Part shown: in pieces, positions 13,462 to 47,545 of the stretch | How positions within the stretch are numbered: position 1 is the stretch's first letter | How the letters are laid out: every line of letters starts with the position of its first letter | Origin: the human T2T-CHM13v2.0 reference genome, Homo sapiens | Strand: one strand, 5' to 3' | NCBI RefSeq assembly: GCF_009914755.1 | Contig: NC_060934.1 | DNA length: 64,000 nt | Notes under the pieces: generated by a model | Databases searched by the model: none | What the model was told of the DNA's origin: nothing | Seen by the model: the letters and a program-made list of their open reading frames with translations, nothing else | Program-made: the position numbers and the translations under genes

Positions 13462-14880
13462 CAGCAGTTCTCAAAATGTGGTCTCCCAGTCTCTTTGCGT
13501 CTCTAAGATTGTTTCAGAGAGTCAGTGAGGTAAAAACTGTTTTCATTATAATACTAAGATGTGATTTGCCTTTTCCACTAGGCTGACATTTGCACTAATC
13601 ATACAAAAACAATGGTGGGTAAACTGCTGGCGCCTCAGCAGGAATCAAGGTAGTGGCGCCAAATCTAAATAGTAGTCATAATTGTCAATGCAACATACTT
13701 GTGGTTTTAAAAAAAGCTGTTTTCACATAAGAATTTTCTTGATGAAGCAGCAAAAATTATTAATCAAAATAAATCCTGACTCTCAAGTAGATAACTTTTT
13801 AATATTAATATTGCATATGACAAAATGGAAAGCATGCATGAAGCATTTCTGCTCCCTATCAAAGTATAATAATTATCTTGAAGAAAAGCACTAAGATCAT
13901 GTAAATTAAGGGGTGAGCTAGCCACTTTTTTATGAAACAACATTTTTTCTTGAATAAACAATCTACAGACTAGCTATCATTGTTCAGACTTGGATCTTTG
14001 GCAGACATTTTCTCTAAAATGAACAAAGTGAGCTTTTCACTATGAGAAACAACTGACGATGTCTGTTGCCAACAATAAAAGTCGAACTTCTACTAGAAAA
14101 CTGGAATTTCCAAAGTCTAGTTCCACCATCATGATCTCAGTACTCATTGAATTTTCTAATTCTGGCTTTAAGGAATGTGATATTTAAAAATATCTATAAT
14201 GAAATGTGTTAACCTTTGGAAGCTCTAATAACTCAGTGAACCGATATTTTCTGAAAGATCAATGCATGGTATTATAAATTCTGCATGAGCACAGATTCCA
14301 TTCGAGTGCAACAAAAACCAATGGATTTTAGTGTTACAGAGTACAAAAAGTTTACTGATATGGTTTCAGATTCCACATTGCTACTGATCTGTAAGAAACT
14401 ACTATATGTTGAGTTTAGGTGTAGTTATCAAAAAAGAATATCTACAATCATCTAAAAAACATCTAAATTTATAGTTTTTCTAATTATAAATCTGTGTGAA
14501 GTCACATGCTGTTAGTATACTTCAACCAAAAAAACGTATCACAAAAGATTGAATGCAAAAGCAGATATTAGAATTCATCTGTCTTCTATTAAGCTAAATT
14601 GTAAAGATTCTCCTAACAATCTAAAAACAGTGGCATTCATGAATTTTTTTGTTGTTTTGGAATATAAAGTTATTTTTTTATTAAAAATACATTATTTGTG
14701 TTAGCATTTATGGGTTAAGTATTGTTATGTTCAAATAACTTAACACATATATTTTTAAATTATCAGCTTTAATTTCTAATATAGTTAAGTATCAGTGGAT
14801 GTAGTCCACATAAACCAAAGCCCTCAACAATCTTTAAAAGCATAAAAGAATCCTGAGACCAAAAAGTTTAAGAAGTGCTA
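13462..14880. mobile_element. hAT-Charlie DNA transposon (Charlie1a-like, ~1.4 kb)
   Basis: Termini CAGCAGTTCTCAAAATGTGGTC... and ...GAGACCAAAAAGTTTAAGAAGTGCTA; decayed transposase-like AT-rich interior. Confidence 0.75.
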
Positions 14881-17349
14881 CCGATTTAGATCTTTATAGT
14901 AAATAATAAGATTATTAACAAGATGGATAATTGCCTGAATACTTAGGTATTGTCATTCCAAGGCTTCTATATGTTTTGTTCATTTTTCTTATTTTACTCA
15001 TTTAAACAAATCTGTATTAGCTTCCAGGCTGTGCTAATATAATTATTCGCTAGTACTTCTGCTAATAAGACTAGCGGAACTTTTTGCTTTCCCTTTCATG
15101 TTACAAATTGAAGTGAATTAATAACCACTTGAATTAATGCAAACCTGGAGCCACACAGCTGAGGGTCATAGTCAGGCTTCCTTAGGCAAGATCCTGAGCT
15201 TTTCCTCAGCTGCACATTGAGGATAACCATATATACCCAACCTCATATACGACTGTTGCAAAGAGTGAATTTGTCAATGCATGAAAAGTGTTTATGATAG
15301 TACTGACATAATAAAGGTTGCATAACTATCAGCTGGAGTTGTGATATCATAAAATACCTTGCTCTCTTTGCAATTCAAATTTGAAAAATATCATATAATG
15401 GCATTTTTATTTTGTAGAAGAAGAAGAAGGGCCTATCTGAATGTCCTGGACATACCACTCTAAGGGCCTCACACAGTTATGACCCTCTCTAAAGGAAAGA
15501 AAAAACAAAATTCTCTTACACCTGATCAGCATACTTTATCCAATTTGAACATGGCTTTCTGATCTCAGCTGATTGGACCAGGGATCGAACCACCTATAGG
15601 CCAGTCAGCAACTATTGAGACAGCTTCCTTGGCAAAAGAGCTCTGCCAATAGGGTACTAGCTGACCAAGGAGATCCTCCCTTGGGGTGAGACCAGGAATC
15701 TACAGATGGGCTCAGTAGGCACTTCAGTGGGCAAAATGTCTGCCCAGGGCAGGAGGAGAAGATGCAACAGCTTTAGGCCAAGATTTACAATTTCTGGATA
15801 GATAATCTCAAAAGTCCCTGTCAGCTTTGACAACCACTGACACATCCAGCCTAGAATCCCAAATTCTTCTCTGCCTTTCCCCACGAGTCTGAAGCTCAGC
15901 ATGCTGAGGCCTGAGGCTTGGCTGTCTTGGGTCAGAAGACCAAGCCACACTGCAACGTGTAAAGTCTTTACACTAAACCCTGCTGCCATGATCTCTACAG
16001 GGCCTGCTCTTTAGAGTTCATCACTGGAGGACAGGAAAGGGAAGATGGGCCCCACACAGTTAGCTGCCATCAAAGCAATCGCCACACTGTCTGCAGATCT
16101 TCTGTCGGGCCAGGGCCCAGGAGGTAGCTGCTGGTGGACACTTCTAATGCAGCTGGGATTGGCAGGCATAGCCTTGCAATGTTTCTAAAGGAAGCTGAGG
16201 TGGGAGAACTAGGTGACGAAGAAAAAGAGGCAGAGAACCTCAGTACTGCAAAAAGTACATCCTAGGCAGTACAGCAAAAAAGATGGGGATGGTTGGAGAA
16301 AATTCGGCTTTTCATAATTCACATTCGTCATTTCAATCTTTGATTCGAACAGTTAAGATCATTTTCAACCTTATGTAAGGTGACCTTAATCACTCAAATA
16401 TCCCACTTTCTAACTAGATTGCTGCCTTAAAGCCCTTTCTTAAAGAAAATCTGCTGCCACCCTTGTACATAAACTAGTTTTTCCAGCTAAATCACTGGAT
16501 TAATTAAACAGAGCCCCTACACAGGCTTGGGAATCCTCTGTGATGTTTTCCTCACCCACAGCCAGTGTGCACAGATTAGTGAATCCAAGAGCTGGGTGGC
16601 AGGTCCAAAGGCTATTTGTTCTCTTCCTGCCAAAGACTGAGGTCTGTCTGATCAAACCTAAAGGTTTGCAGGGAGTAAGATGTCTAACCATTTCTGGAAT
16701 AAAATCAGGAAAGAAGTTATTCTTCTGATAATCCAGAATCAATGGGTTGCTGTTTGTGAGCACGACCTTCTCCAGGGCTTACTATAGAGTGTTAGGACAT
16801 TCTGGGACCCAGTGTATATGCTCAGAATTGTCCAGATTCTTTCTGGATAATTCTCTATGGGGGCCTTTTAAACCCATGCCAAGGCCTTTACTTTTTATTC
16901 ATTAGGGAGTCAGCTAACAAATATTTGCTGAGTGTTTACTGAAGGTTTTCAGGCTATGAATTGATAAGGTCAGAGCTGTCTTTTAAGAAGATTGATCTGT
17001 CAATAATTTGCCTGGTCAGCTGACATCAAGGGGAGTGGTTTGCGGTTATTACAGCAGGTCAGTTAGGTCATCGGAAAGCCTGAATAAGAATGGTGACAGG
17101 GGAAAGAGCAAACAGTTGGATGGTGTAAGAACCCAAATTATTAAGCAAGGAGAGTGGGGTGGCTTTAGAACTGACAACCATGAGTCAAATTCAAGCACCA
17201 GCACTTATCCCAGCGAGTGACTTAATCTTCCAAGTTTCAACTTTCTTATCTGTAAAATAGGAATAATAAAACCCACTCATAGATAGATACATAGATAAAC
17301 AGACAGACAGACATACAATCTTGCAGAAAATAACTATATATATTGAATT

Positions 17350-17700
17350 ACTATGTGTTCACCAAAACCCATTTCCCCTTCTCAATGGGCAGACAGTTAG
17401 ATGTCACCACATGATGGAGTTCCAGCCAATAAACTGGGTGGAACTGACATGTGCCACTTCCAGGCCTGGTCTTTTCACATTTTCCATTGACGATCCTCCA
17501 TAACCTTTTCCTATTTGCTGGCTTGATATAGAGAACTCCAAGGACCCAGAAGAGGACAGATCCATGAGATGCATGAGGCTCAAGTCCTTGGGTGACCATG
17601 GGAAGACCACCTACCAGTTGGGAATACCTGTTTGAAACTTCACTGTGTAAGAAATGAATTTCTATCATATAAAGCCACTAAGATTTGAGGCTTTACATCT
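17350..17700 (+). mobile_element. ERVL solo LTR (LTR16-like)
   Basis: GACATGTGCCACTTCCAGGCCTGG and 3' AAATGAATTTCTATCATATAAAGCCACTAAGATTTG motifs. Confidence 0.6.
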
Positions 17701-18917
17701 GTCTATCCATCTATCTATCTATCCATCCATCCATTCTTGCACAGAACCTGACTTAATAATCCCTCAATAAATAATCATTAAAACATATTTTAGCATTATG
17801 GGAAATACAAAGATATACAAGGTCTCAATTTAAGAAGACAAGACACATACATAGCAGTCATATACAAGATGTAGACAACATAAGTTTTAAGTTTAAAAAG
17901 TTCAAAGTCCCCAGAAGTAGGGGGATCTGAGATGGCATCACATAGCATGTAGCCTTGAGCTTGTCACTGAAAAATGGATATGAATTATCTGGATATGGAG
18001 ACACTATTCATTCATCAACACTTAAAAACATCAATACGAAATCCCCCATCATCCAGTATCCACCCCCATAGTCTGCAGAACACTTTGGCTCTTAATATTT
18101 CTCTATTGCTCATGTCTTCTGATTTCCAGAGTGATCTGGTTCCTAGTTTCCATGCAATGGCCTTCAATCATCTGCAACTTTTGAAATCATTTAACATTTC
18201 TACTCCCCATTTCCAAAGGCTCTGACAAGAAAGGAAGGACCTCCAGCTTCAGAATCTTTTATATCCTCTCCCATGGGTCCATCACAGCCTTGGGTCTGTG
18301 GCTTTAAGGAAATGGCTGGAAAATGAAACCATAACTGTATATTTATATTACTCTAGCATTTTGCCATTCTTGCAGCTATTGATCAATTAATCCATTTGAA
18401 TTATCATTTCCCTCTAGTTAAAGCTCGAGGCTGTACGAGCAAAGAATTGCATTTTGGAAATTAGAAGGCTGATCAATCCATTGTATTTTAATTATTACCA
18501 TGTGAAGAAAGCTTGCAACATAAACTTACTGCTCATATTTTCCTCTCTCAAATAATGAATTATAGATGATATGATAGAAAATATGCTATTGTTTATAACT
18601 CACTTTTGCTTTCCATAATCAAAACTATTGCTCTTTAGTCTTTAAAGGCAGTTGGAGTGCCATAATAGAAACTACTGTGTAACTTCCCGTTTTCAACTTT
18701 CCCCATAATGCTTAACATAGGCGTTGCAATTCTCCAAGGTCAGAAATGCTCAATAGCTTTAATTAGCGTAATTATCCCTGCTTATTAAACAAATGAGACC
18801 ACATACTTAGGGTCAAGAAGAACAGAAAAATGAAACTACTCAGAATTCGGTATAAGAAATCATTTAAAATTCATTTAATCACAGTGTCAAGTTTGCGTTT
18901 TGTAGAGAAAGTACTGA

Positions 18918-19345
<428 letters not shown>

Positions 19346-21616
19346 TAGTCTCTCTTCAAAGAGATTTTCTTGACCAGGCCATCTAAAGTCAATGACTCCT
19401 CTCTGCTCCATTATTCTTTATCTCTGAAGCCCACTTGTGCCCTTCCTCCATATCCTTACATTTACCCCAAGCAGAAGATGTAGACACAGATACAGATAGA
19501 TAGTTGATTACTGCCCGGCAGTAACACACACTCATTACATATTTGGTAGATGAATGACTGGGTAAATAAATAAAAGAATACACGAATGATTCTCTGGGAG
19601 GTTTCAAGAACAGAATAAGTTATTTGCCTTGGATGTTTTAGACCAGTAATGAGATCCCTAAACTTGATCTGAGGAGGAGCAATTTTTAGTTCTTCAGCCT
19701 GATGATTGCCAGTGGGGGTGAGGAGGGAGAGGGGAAGACAGATAAGGGAGGGGCTGATGGGACCATAAGAGATGTGACTGTGGGTCCCCCTCTTCTGAGG
19801 GAAAGGTCAAGGCATTGCTTAGAAATTAGCCAGAAAAGATTCCAAGATCTCCTGGAGGGGCCAGTTTATCTGCCTGGAGCAATGTGGGTTTCTGAAGCTG
19901 ATAGCTTCAGGGTCAGCTGAGAGATGGGGGAGGCAGGGTGTCTTACTCTTAATTCCTGATGCACTATTACCAGTGGATCTTTTCTCACTTCTCAGTTCTC
20001 CTTTTCCATCACTTTCTCTGGGGAATTGTTAATTCCTGGGGAGTAGTGTGAGGTTTGAGCCATTGAAGCCTGCAGGGAAACACCCACTCATTTGCAAATT
20101 GGCAAACAGAGCCGCCCACAAAGTAGAAGAAGGCTTGATTCAGAGCTATAAGGAAACAATGGAGTTCATTTAACATTTAATGAACTCAAAATAGAGTACT
20201 CTAAAAAATAAGTCAATAAAGCAGTTTTTTAATCTTTAATGCACGCTTGCTAGCATTATGTCTGAAGTATTATCTGTTACCTCAGTATGGGTTTACTGGT
20301 GTTGTTTATCAAATGATTCATTGCCTGTATGATTTCTGGGCTGTGAATGAAAATATTGATTGGAATTTTGCAAATGGAAATGCTTTTGTTTCTGGCCGCA
20401 GCTTTCCCAAATCATTCAGGGCCTTCAAATAGAATAGGTACCTTCTATTGCTAGGCAATTCACAAAAGAAAGGTACAGGTCAGACAAGCTCATCTTTTAG
20501 ATAAGTCTGCCATAAAATTCCCTTTCTTGGGCTCACTCGAGGTCCTGTGAATGTTAAGATCTTCCATTCAGTTTGTGTGTTTTTGAAGAAACAGCAAAAT
20601 TCAGTGTGCTTCTCAGTGAGAGACTTTGCTTTTGCATTCCATCTCCCAGTGGCACCCCCTCCCCCTCCACCTTCATGTGAGGGAGAGAGAGTGTTGCAAA
20701 GCAGAGAGGGGATGGGCTGGGGCATTGGTATGGGGGCGGGGGTACTTACCAGGAAAAATAGAAGCCTCCTGACTTTTATCAGAGCAAGTATCAAATACTG
20801 TTTGGCCCAAGTACATTTTGTCCCATTCTCTTTCGTATGCAAATTAAACATCTAGAGACCAGCCTGCCACAAAAGTTAAATCTACTTCCCAATTTCATTC
20901 AGCTCGTCCTTGAAAGGAGTATCATGTACCTGATGGTTAGCTGGATTCCCACCCTAAGAAATTGTAGGCGACATCTCTTTCTCTGTCCCAGGATCTTATC
21001 GCTATCAGACTTCTCTAGAAATCAAAAGCACCTGCTCTTTTGTTAAGGTGGACTTCTAAAGAGAGAAATATTACCATTAGCAAACACCCAGAGTTCACAT
21101 GAGAACGCCACTGACAGGTCCTTCCAGCCTGAGGATACCAACCTCAGATGAACACACTTCAGGGCAGCGAGTCTTCATAGAGTGCTTACTGTGTCCAGGC
21201 ACTGTGCTAAGCAATTTATATGCCTTATTTCATTCTATCTTTGCAAAAGCCATAGGCAATGAGAAGCCCCATTTTACAGATTTGAACACTGTAGGCTTAG
21301 AAAGGTCAAGTTATGAACCCAAGATAACACCATTGGAAATGTGACAGTGCCATGACCTCTAATTTCAGAACCTGTGATCTTAGTTACATATGATGTAATC
21401 CAGGGCTGATGACAATAATGTGTGTTATCTAGGGGTGACCCACTCCTACTAGGCTTCCCTCTTTGAATTTCCCAAGCAGAGCTAAGCACAGACACAAAAG
21501 GCTTTCCTGGTGCCTTGCCCTGATCGGGAAAAATAAGCCATGTCTGTGCTAGCAGACATATATCTCATTTAATAGTCTGAGTAACACTGTGTCATAGATA
21601 TTAGCATATCCTTTCA

Positions 21617-22319
<703 letters not shown>

Positions 22320-22690
22320 TTATGTCACATCAGAAGCCTTTCCTTATGCAGTTGGGCTGTTGTACTCTTCTGTGGCTTGACTTACCTGCCAAGCATTCTG
22401 ATGGTCCCTTTTTCCTCCTCTCCATCCCATAGTCCTATCTCTGTGTCCTCTCCTCCCCTAGTTCCTCAGGGAAAGAAGCCACATGAAGTGCATGCATCTT
22501 CCCAGGGCCTGGTCCAGTATACCACAGGGGCTCAATAAATGCTTACTAAAAAAGAGGGGAAAAGATACACAGAGAGTTAGTGCTAAGCCCCAGGAAAGAG
22601 GAACTCAGAGAATTCACACATATTTTCGAGATTCAAGTGTCTTTTCTGCTCAGGAATGAACTATGGAGAACAGTAGAAATATGCCAATGT

Positions 22691-23135
22691 CACTGTTCAC
22701 AATAGCAAAGACTTGGAACCAATCCAAATGCCCATCAATGATAGAGCAGATAAAGAAAATGTGACACATATACACCATGGAATACTATGCAGCCATAAAA
22801 AAGGATGAGTTCATGTCCTTTGCAGGGACATGGATGACGCTGGAAACCATCATTCTCAGCAAACTAACACAAGAACAGAAAACCAAACACTGCATGTTTT
22901 CACTCATAAGTGGGAGTTGAACAATGAGAACACATGGACACAGGGAGGGGAACATCACACACCAGGGCCTGTTGGGGGGTGGGGGGCTAGGGGAGGGATA
23001 GCATTAGGAGAAACACCTAATGTAGATGATGGGTTGATGGGTGCAGCAAACCACCATGGCACGTGTATACCTATGTAACAAACCTGCACGTTCTGCACAT
23101 GTACCCCACAACTTAAAGTATAATAATAATAAAAA
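22691..23135 (+). mobile_element. 5'-truncated L1PA 3' end with TSD
   Basis: L1PA 3' UTR consensus; TSD AGAAATATGCCAATGT (22675-22690) / AGAAATACGGCAATGT (23136-23151). Confidence 0.92.
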
Positions 23136-23960
23136 AGAAATACGGCAATGTTTCCAGGCCACAATAAACTTGATCCTACTGTTTAAAAAATTTTTTTAAT
23201 ATATTCTTTCTCTTCTCCCTCTCAGCTCATTTGTTCATCATCCATAAAATATTTTGCATACGTGTCATACAATACAGATATGCCTCCTGTTACGTGAATC
23301 ATAAATCTACAATGAGTCACTTTGTGTTGCATGTAAAGAAAGGAAAAGCAACTCATGGGACACATACATGCTACTGGAAATTGTCAGTTGTCTTTTCATG
23401 TAATCTACTTATTTATGTACTACTTACAGTTTACAAGAGCCTTTACATCATTGCTCTCCTACTCTGTAAGTTCAGCCCAGAATCACAGCCACCATTTTAC
23501 ACAGAAGGAAACTGAGTTACAGAACTTTTTAATGGCTTGCCACATGGCTATTTCCTTCATTCTTTGATACCATCATTATAAAACATCCCATCAATTTAAC
23601 AATAGGTTTTGAGGAAATAAGGAAACTGTACTGTATTACTTATGCATGTTGCTTATAAGATACCTCCCAATGTTTTGAAACATTAAATGATGTGCATTAT
23701 CAATAATATATCTGGAACCTTCATGGGAGTAGCATGTTATCTGTTGTTTTCAGTGGGATCTTGTCGGGTGACTAAGAATTGAATTATAAGAGAGACTTTC
23801 TAAGTTTCTTCTTCCAATGTCATTGCTCTGGGAGACTAATAAAGCTTTAGAAATCTCAAGGGTGTACAATTAAAAGTTGTTCTTCAGGATGAAGTTCAAG
23901 ACACTAGAGTTTATTTATTGTTTTTTAATTAGAGGGAAAATCCTTTAAAATGTTTACGTT

Positions 23961-23978
23961 CACACACACACACACACA
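23961..23978. repeat. (CA)9 about 0.4 kb upstream of the TECTB TATA box
   Basis: Direct reading. Confidence 0.85.
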
Positions 23979-24370
23979 TATATTTATAGTTATCAGGTGC
24001 AACAATGTTAAACCTGAGTTTTCTTATCAAAGTTTAGTTTACCTACATACAAAAATAAGAAAGCAGGAAATAAAGCAAAGAAAGCAAGACAAAAGAATTA
24101 AAACTGTCACCTGGAATTGTACAGAAATAGTTTGCCTCCATTCAGAGTTATTTTCTGTACAAAAGGGGAAAAAATCAACTTTTCCTCCCAATCTTGGTTG
24201 AAGCAGTTAAAAAAAAGTTTTTCCAACTCTGTAAAGCAAAAGAAATTAGATTCAAGTAACTGAGCTTCCCATCGGATTACTGTGCTAGCCCCCCTTTTTA
24301 TTCCCCACACAGTGGATAATGCATGCTCATTGTGACTTATCTGGAGCTGGTTTCTTTTACATCCTCGGGC

Positions 24371-24378
24371 TATATAAA
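24371..24378 (+). promoter_or_regulatory. TECTB: TATA box (TATATAAA) of TECTB; TSS predicted ~24400
   Basis: Consensus TATATAAAG ~30 nt upstream of a plausible first exon that ends in a donor at 24497/24498. Confidence 0.8.
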
Positions 24379-24400
24379 GTCAAACTAGGACTGGGGCAGC

Positions 24401-24497
24401 AGATTTGGGGAGCATCCAGCAGCCAGCCTCTACAGTCCGGAGAGGATGAAACAGTCGGGAACATGAACAACTCCATGTGTCATTGACGCTTCCAACG
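24401..24497 (+). other. TECTB: TECTB non-coding exon 1 (5' UTR); start approximate
   Basis: Downstream of TATA; donor ACG|GTATGA at 24497/24498; next acceptor (pyrimidine tract...TGACTTAG|A) at 24648/24649. Confidence 0.7.
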
Positions 24498-24729
24498 GTA
24501 TGAGCCCCACTTTTTGCCTCTCAGCGCTAACAGGAAACAATTAGAAACGACACAACATCGTTTATCTCCCTTGAAAATTTCCCCAAGACTGTATGTGCGG
24601 CTTTGTTCTTCCCTTGATTTTAACTTTTCATTCATGTTTCTGACTTAGAATGATCGAGGCTCAGGCCCTGGAAGGACCGTAAACATTTGGCCAGCTTGGT
24701 TTGGATACCTGGCAGAGACCAGGTTCTGA

Positions 24730-44313
<19,584 letters not shown>

Positions 44314-45933
44314 GAGTTAGCCAGGCAGCTGCCGCTCCTCCACCCACAATAGTCCTCAGCGAATGACAAACACATTTATTGTGCTGCCAAAAAGAACAAA
44401 CAGAAGACCACATTGTTGGGGGGCAGAGAATAGCACTTTGCCAAATATGCACTCCAATAATTTCTGTGAATTTGGTGATGCCTTTTTCTTTCTAAGAAAA
44501 ACTTAGGCTACTTCCCGTGGCCCTTAGATCTCACAGTCCTTCTACAGCTGGGGGAGGAGCCTCCTTTCTCCATACTCAAGTCAGGGCTGCAGTAAATTCC
44601 TTTGAAAGCTATTTTAACTTTAAAAGGTTAGCAGACCCAACCAAGTACTGCTGAGCATTTTGAAGAGAATGTAGGGTGCAACTACAAAGTCAACACTAAA
44701 TGCACAACGCACATTAATAGCTGACTTTGCCAAAAAGGAGCTTTGTCATTGAGGCAGTGTCATTCTACTTAAGGACCAGAGCTGAGCCCCCACGCAGGGA
44801 GTTCCAATCTTTCAACTGATGACATGGGAGATGATGTGGGATTCAGAGTGGAATACAATAGTTTTGCTCAAACCTAATGATATAAAGGAAATAGATTCTT
44901 GAAAGCCCCTAGTACTGACCTAATTTGTTTTTATTATACCATTTGTTAAATATATAAACATGATATAGGTAGAAACTCCTTGTTTTTATAGCAGATGTAT
45001 ACTTCTAAAGTCAAAAGAAAATTACAAATTAAATAGGAATATTTACAAAAAGAATAATCACAAGAAGAATACAACTCACATTAATTTAACCTAATAACAC
45101 GGCATTGCCCCAGTGAAACTGCTGCTGGAAACATGACTATAAAGTGACTCCAATGACACAAGTGCTGTGAGTTTGGTGACCCAATCCTACAGATAAATGC
45201 CTTGTGACACTCAATGCTATTTTTTCTCTATTTGCTCTACTAAGAAGTTTTCATTTATAAGAAATGGTCTGATCTCATTTAGCTTTTACTTAAACATCGA
45301 AGCTTACATCTGTTTTTGTCTCATTCACTTACAATCATTAGAATGAAGCTAACACAAAATCAGAAACACAAATGCAAATGCAGCCAATGAAAGCATGCAG
45401 TAGCACATCTTGGTAACTGGCCACCCCAGTGATCCAGAATATGCCCATATAAATGATTTACATTGTCAACAAAATACAAACTGAATGAACCAATTCTGGT
45501 AGAGAATTGGCTGGATTGTGATAGGAAAAGGCAGAGTTCTAAGTCCTTAGTTATGTAAAGACTTAATTAGTAGGCTTATAATTTGAAAACAACACATGGG
45601 TTTGTCTCTCTGTATTTAAGGTATTTGAGAAGTTTTGCAATTTGCAGTTTGATGATTCTTTTACAACTTGTGTTAGTGAACTCAGAGATTAAACTAGTTA
45701 TGAAATCTCCGGATACATGAAGTGTATGTTTGTTTAGTAATAGGCTAAAGTAAAATGACTCAATTTGGTCTAGACTTGGTCTCTAAGCTGGAGTTCCAAC
45801 GAGTTTAGGATCTCTTCTTTCTGTAAATTCAGAGTTTTTATAGTCAGGAAAAACAGAAGACATATTTTATTGGTTCTAGTAGAAAACTCTTAAATAGCAT
45901 ACTCATAGCCATGTTCAAATCCTTTGCTGTCAG

Positions 45934-46036
45934 AATAAACCAATGTTGTATTAGTTTTGCTGTATTTCATCATTGTGTTTTATGATCTTGTATCTCTACC
46001 TGGCGCTATGGAATAAATAAAATGCCTTAAAATAAA
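45934..46036 (+). terminator. TECTB: TECTB polyadenylation signal cluster (AATAAA at 45934, 46012, 46016, 46031)
   Basis: Four AATAAA hexamers within ~100 nt at the end of an AT-rich, repeat-free 3' UTR. Confidence 0.75.
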
Positions 46037-46118
46037 TAACCTATGACTACAGTTTACAGTGTTAATATATCATGTTGACAGCTAATTCCCCAATTCTCCC
46101 AGGGGTTTCTACAACTAG

Positions 46119-46457
<339 letters not shown>

Positions 46458-46908
46458 GCCACAGACTTCTAATTATTCTATCCTACCTTTACATTTAAAA
46501 AACTCCCAGTATTGGGTTTCTGATGCAAGGAGGTAAAGCCAATCTGTATGATTAACATTTTGGGGAAAAGGTCTTTTGGGTCATCCCTGCCTATAGAGCC
46601 CGAATGTCTCTCACCAGTGACTGGATGTGTTTTGACTTGACATTAACTAACAACCTCATGATGTTTGATTACCCTTCTTGTCTCATAACTTCTTCTTTGA
46701 GAAAATAAGACAAGGTACTCTCAAAACAATCTCTTGTAAATTCTCAGTAGTTCTAAACACAATTAGAAACATTAAGAAAAAGAAGAAAACTAATTCTCCC
46801 CCAGGTATCCTTAGCTGACATAGAACAAATACTGAATATAGATTTAGAAAAGTGTTCTTATCAAAATTCTTAGTTGTGATCCATAAAGACAGTCTCGCTC
46901 TTTCTCCA

Positions 46909-47038
46909 TGTGCATATGTGTGTGTATGTATGCACGTGTGTGTGTATATATATGAGGGTGTGCATACATATATATGTGCATGTGTGCACACGTGGATGTC
47001 TGCATATGCACACGTGTGTTTTTGTGTGTATGTGTGTC
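46909..47038. repeat. Alternating purine-pyrimidine (TG/CA/TA) tract
   Basis: Direct reading. Confidence 0.85.
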
Positions 47039-47459
47039 TAGATGCCAAATGCTTATGATGTTCAATAAGAAAGGCAGAACTAAATCTATATTACATGAAC
47101 ATAACTTACATAAGCACATGGGCTAGGGCTGGAAGAAAAACAGACACACACACACAATACAAAGACAGGATAATAATAGGCAATTGCCCTACCTGGCCCC
47201 ATTCCTTCATCTGTGTATTATTTTCTAATGTTCTTTTAATGTCACAGTGATGGACTGCTTAGTTACTGCTACGCTTTTGTATATAGCTCTATTAGTCCTT
47301 AATATTGCTTTATGCAATGAAATTATGCTTTCTTCTCCCTAACTAGACTGCAAGCCAAAGATCAAGGGAAAGTTCATATTCTCTTGTGTACCCCAGAATG
47401 GCACAGAGTAAGTGCTTAACAAATGCTCCTTGGATTAAAGAAATGTTCACATGAATAGG

Positions 47460-47545
47460 TGGACGGGTGGGTGGATGGATGGATGGATGGATGGATAGAT
47501 GGATGGATGGATGGATGGATAGATGGATGGATGGATGGATGGATG
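47460..47545. repeat. (GGAT)n at the end of an L2 3' fragment
   Basis: Direct reading. Confidence 0.9.

Noticed and set aside
15520-15990. Possible old ERVL-type LTR
   Set aside because: Only weak motif resemblance; boundaries and family cannot be supported by eye
20742-20752. Consensus - strand splice donor (TG|GTAAGT) upstream of TECTB, hinting at a divergent lncRNA exon
   Set aside because: Isolated motif with no supporting acceptor or promoter evidence; expected by chance
44314-46036. Feedback targeting of the TECTB 3' UTR by miR-6715
   Set aside because: By eye I found only one 6-mer (GGTTTG near 45599) and no 7/8-mer seed sites
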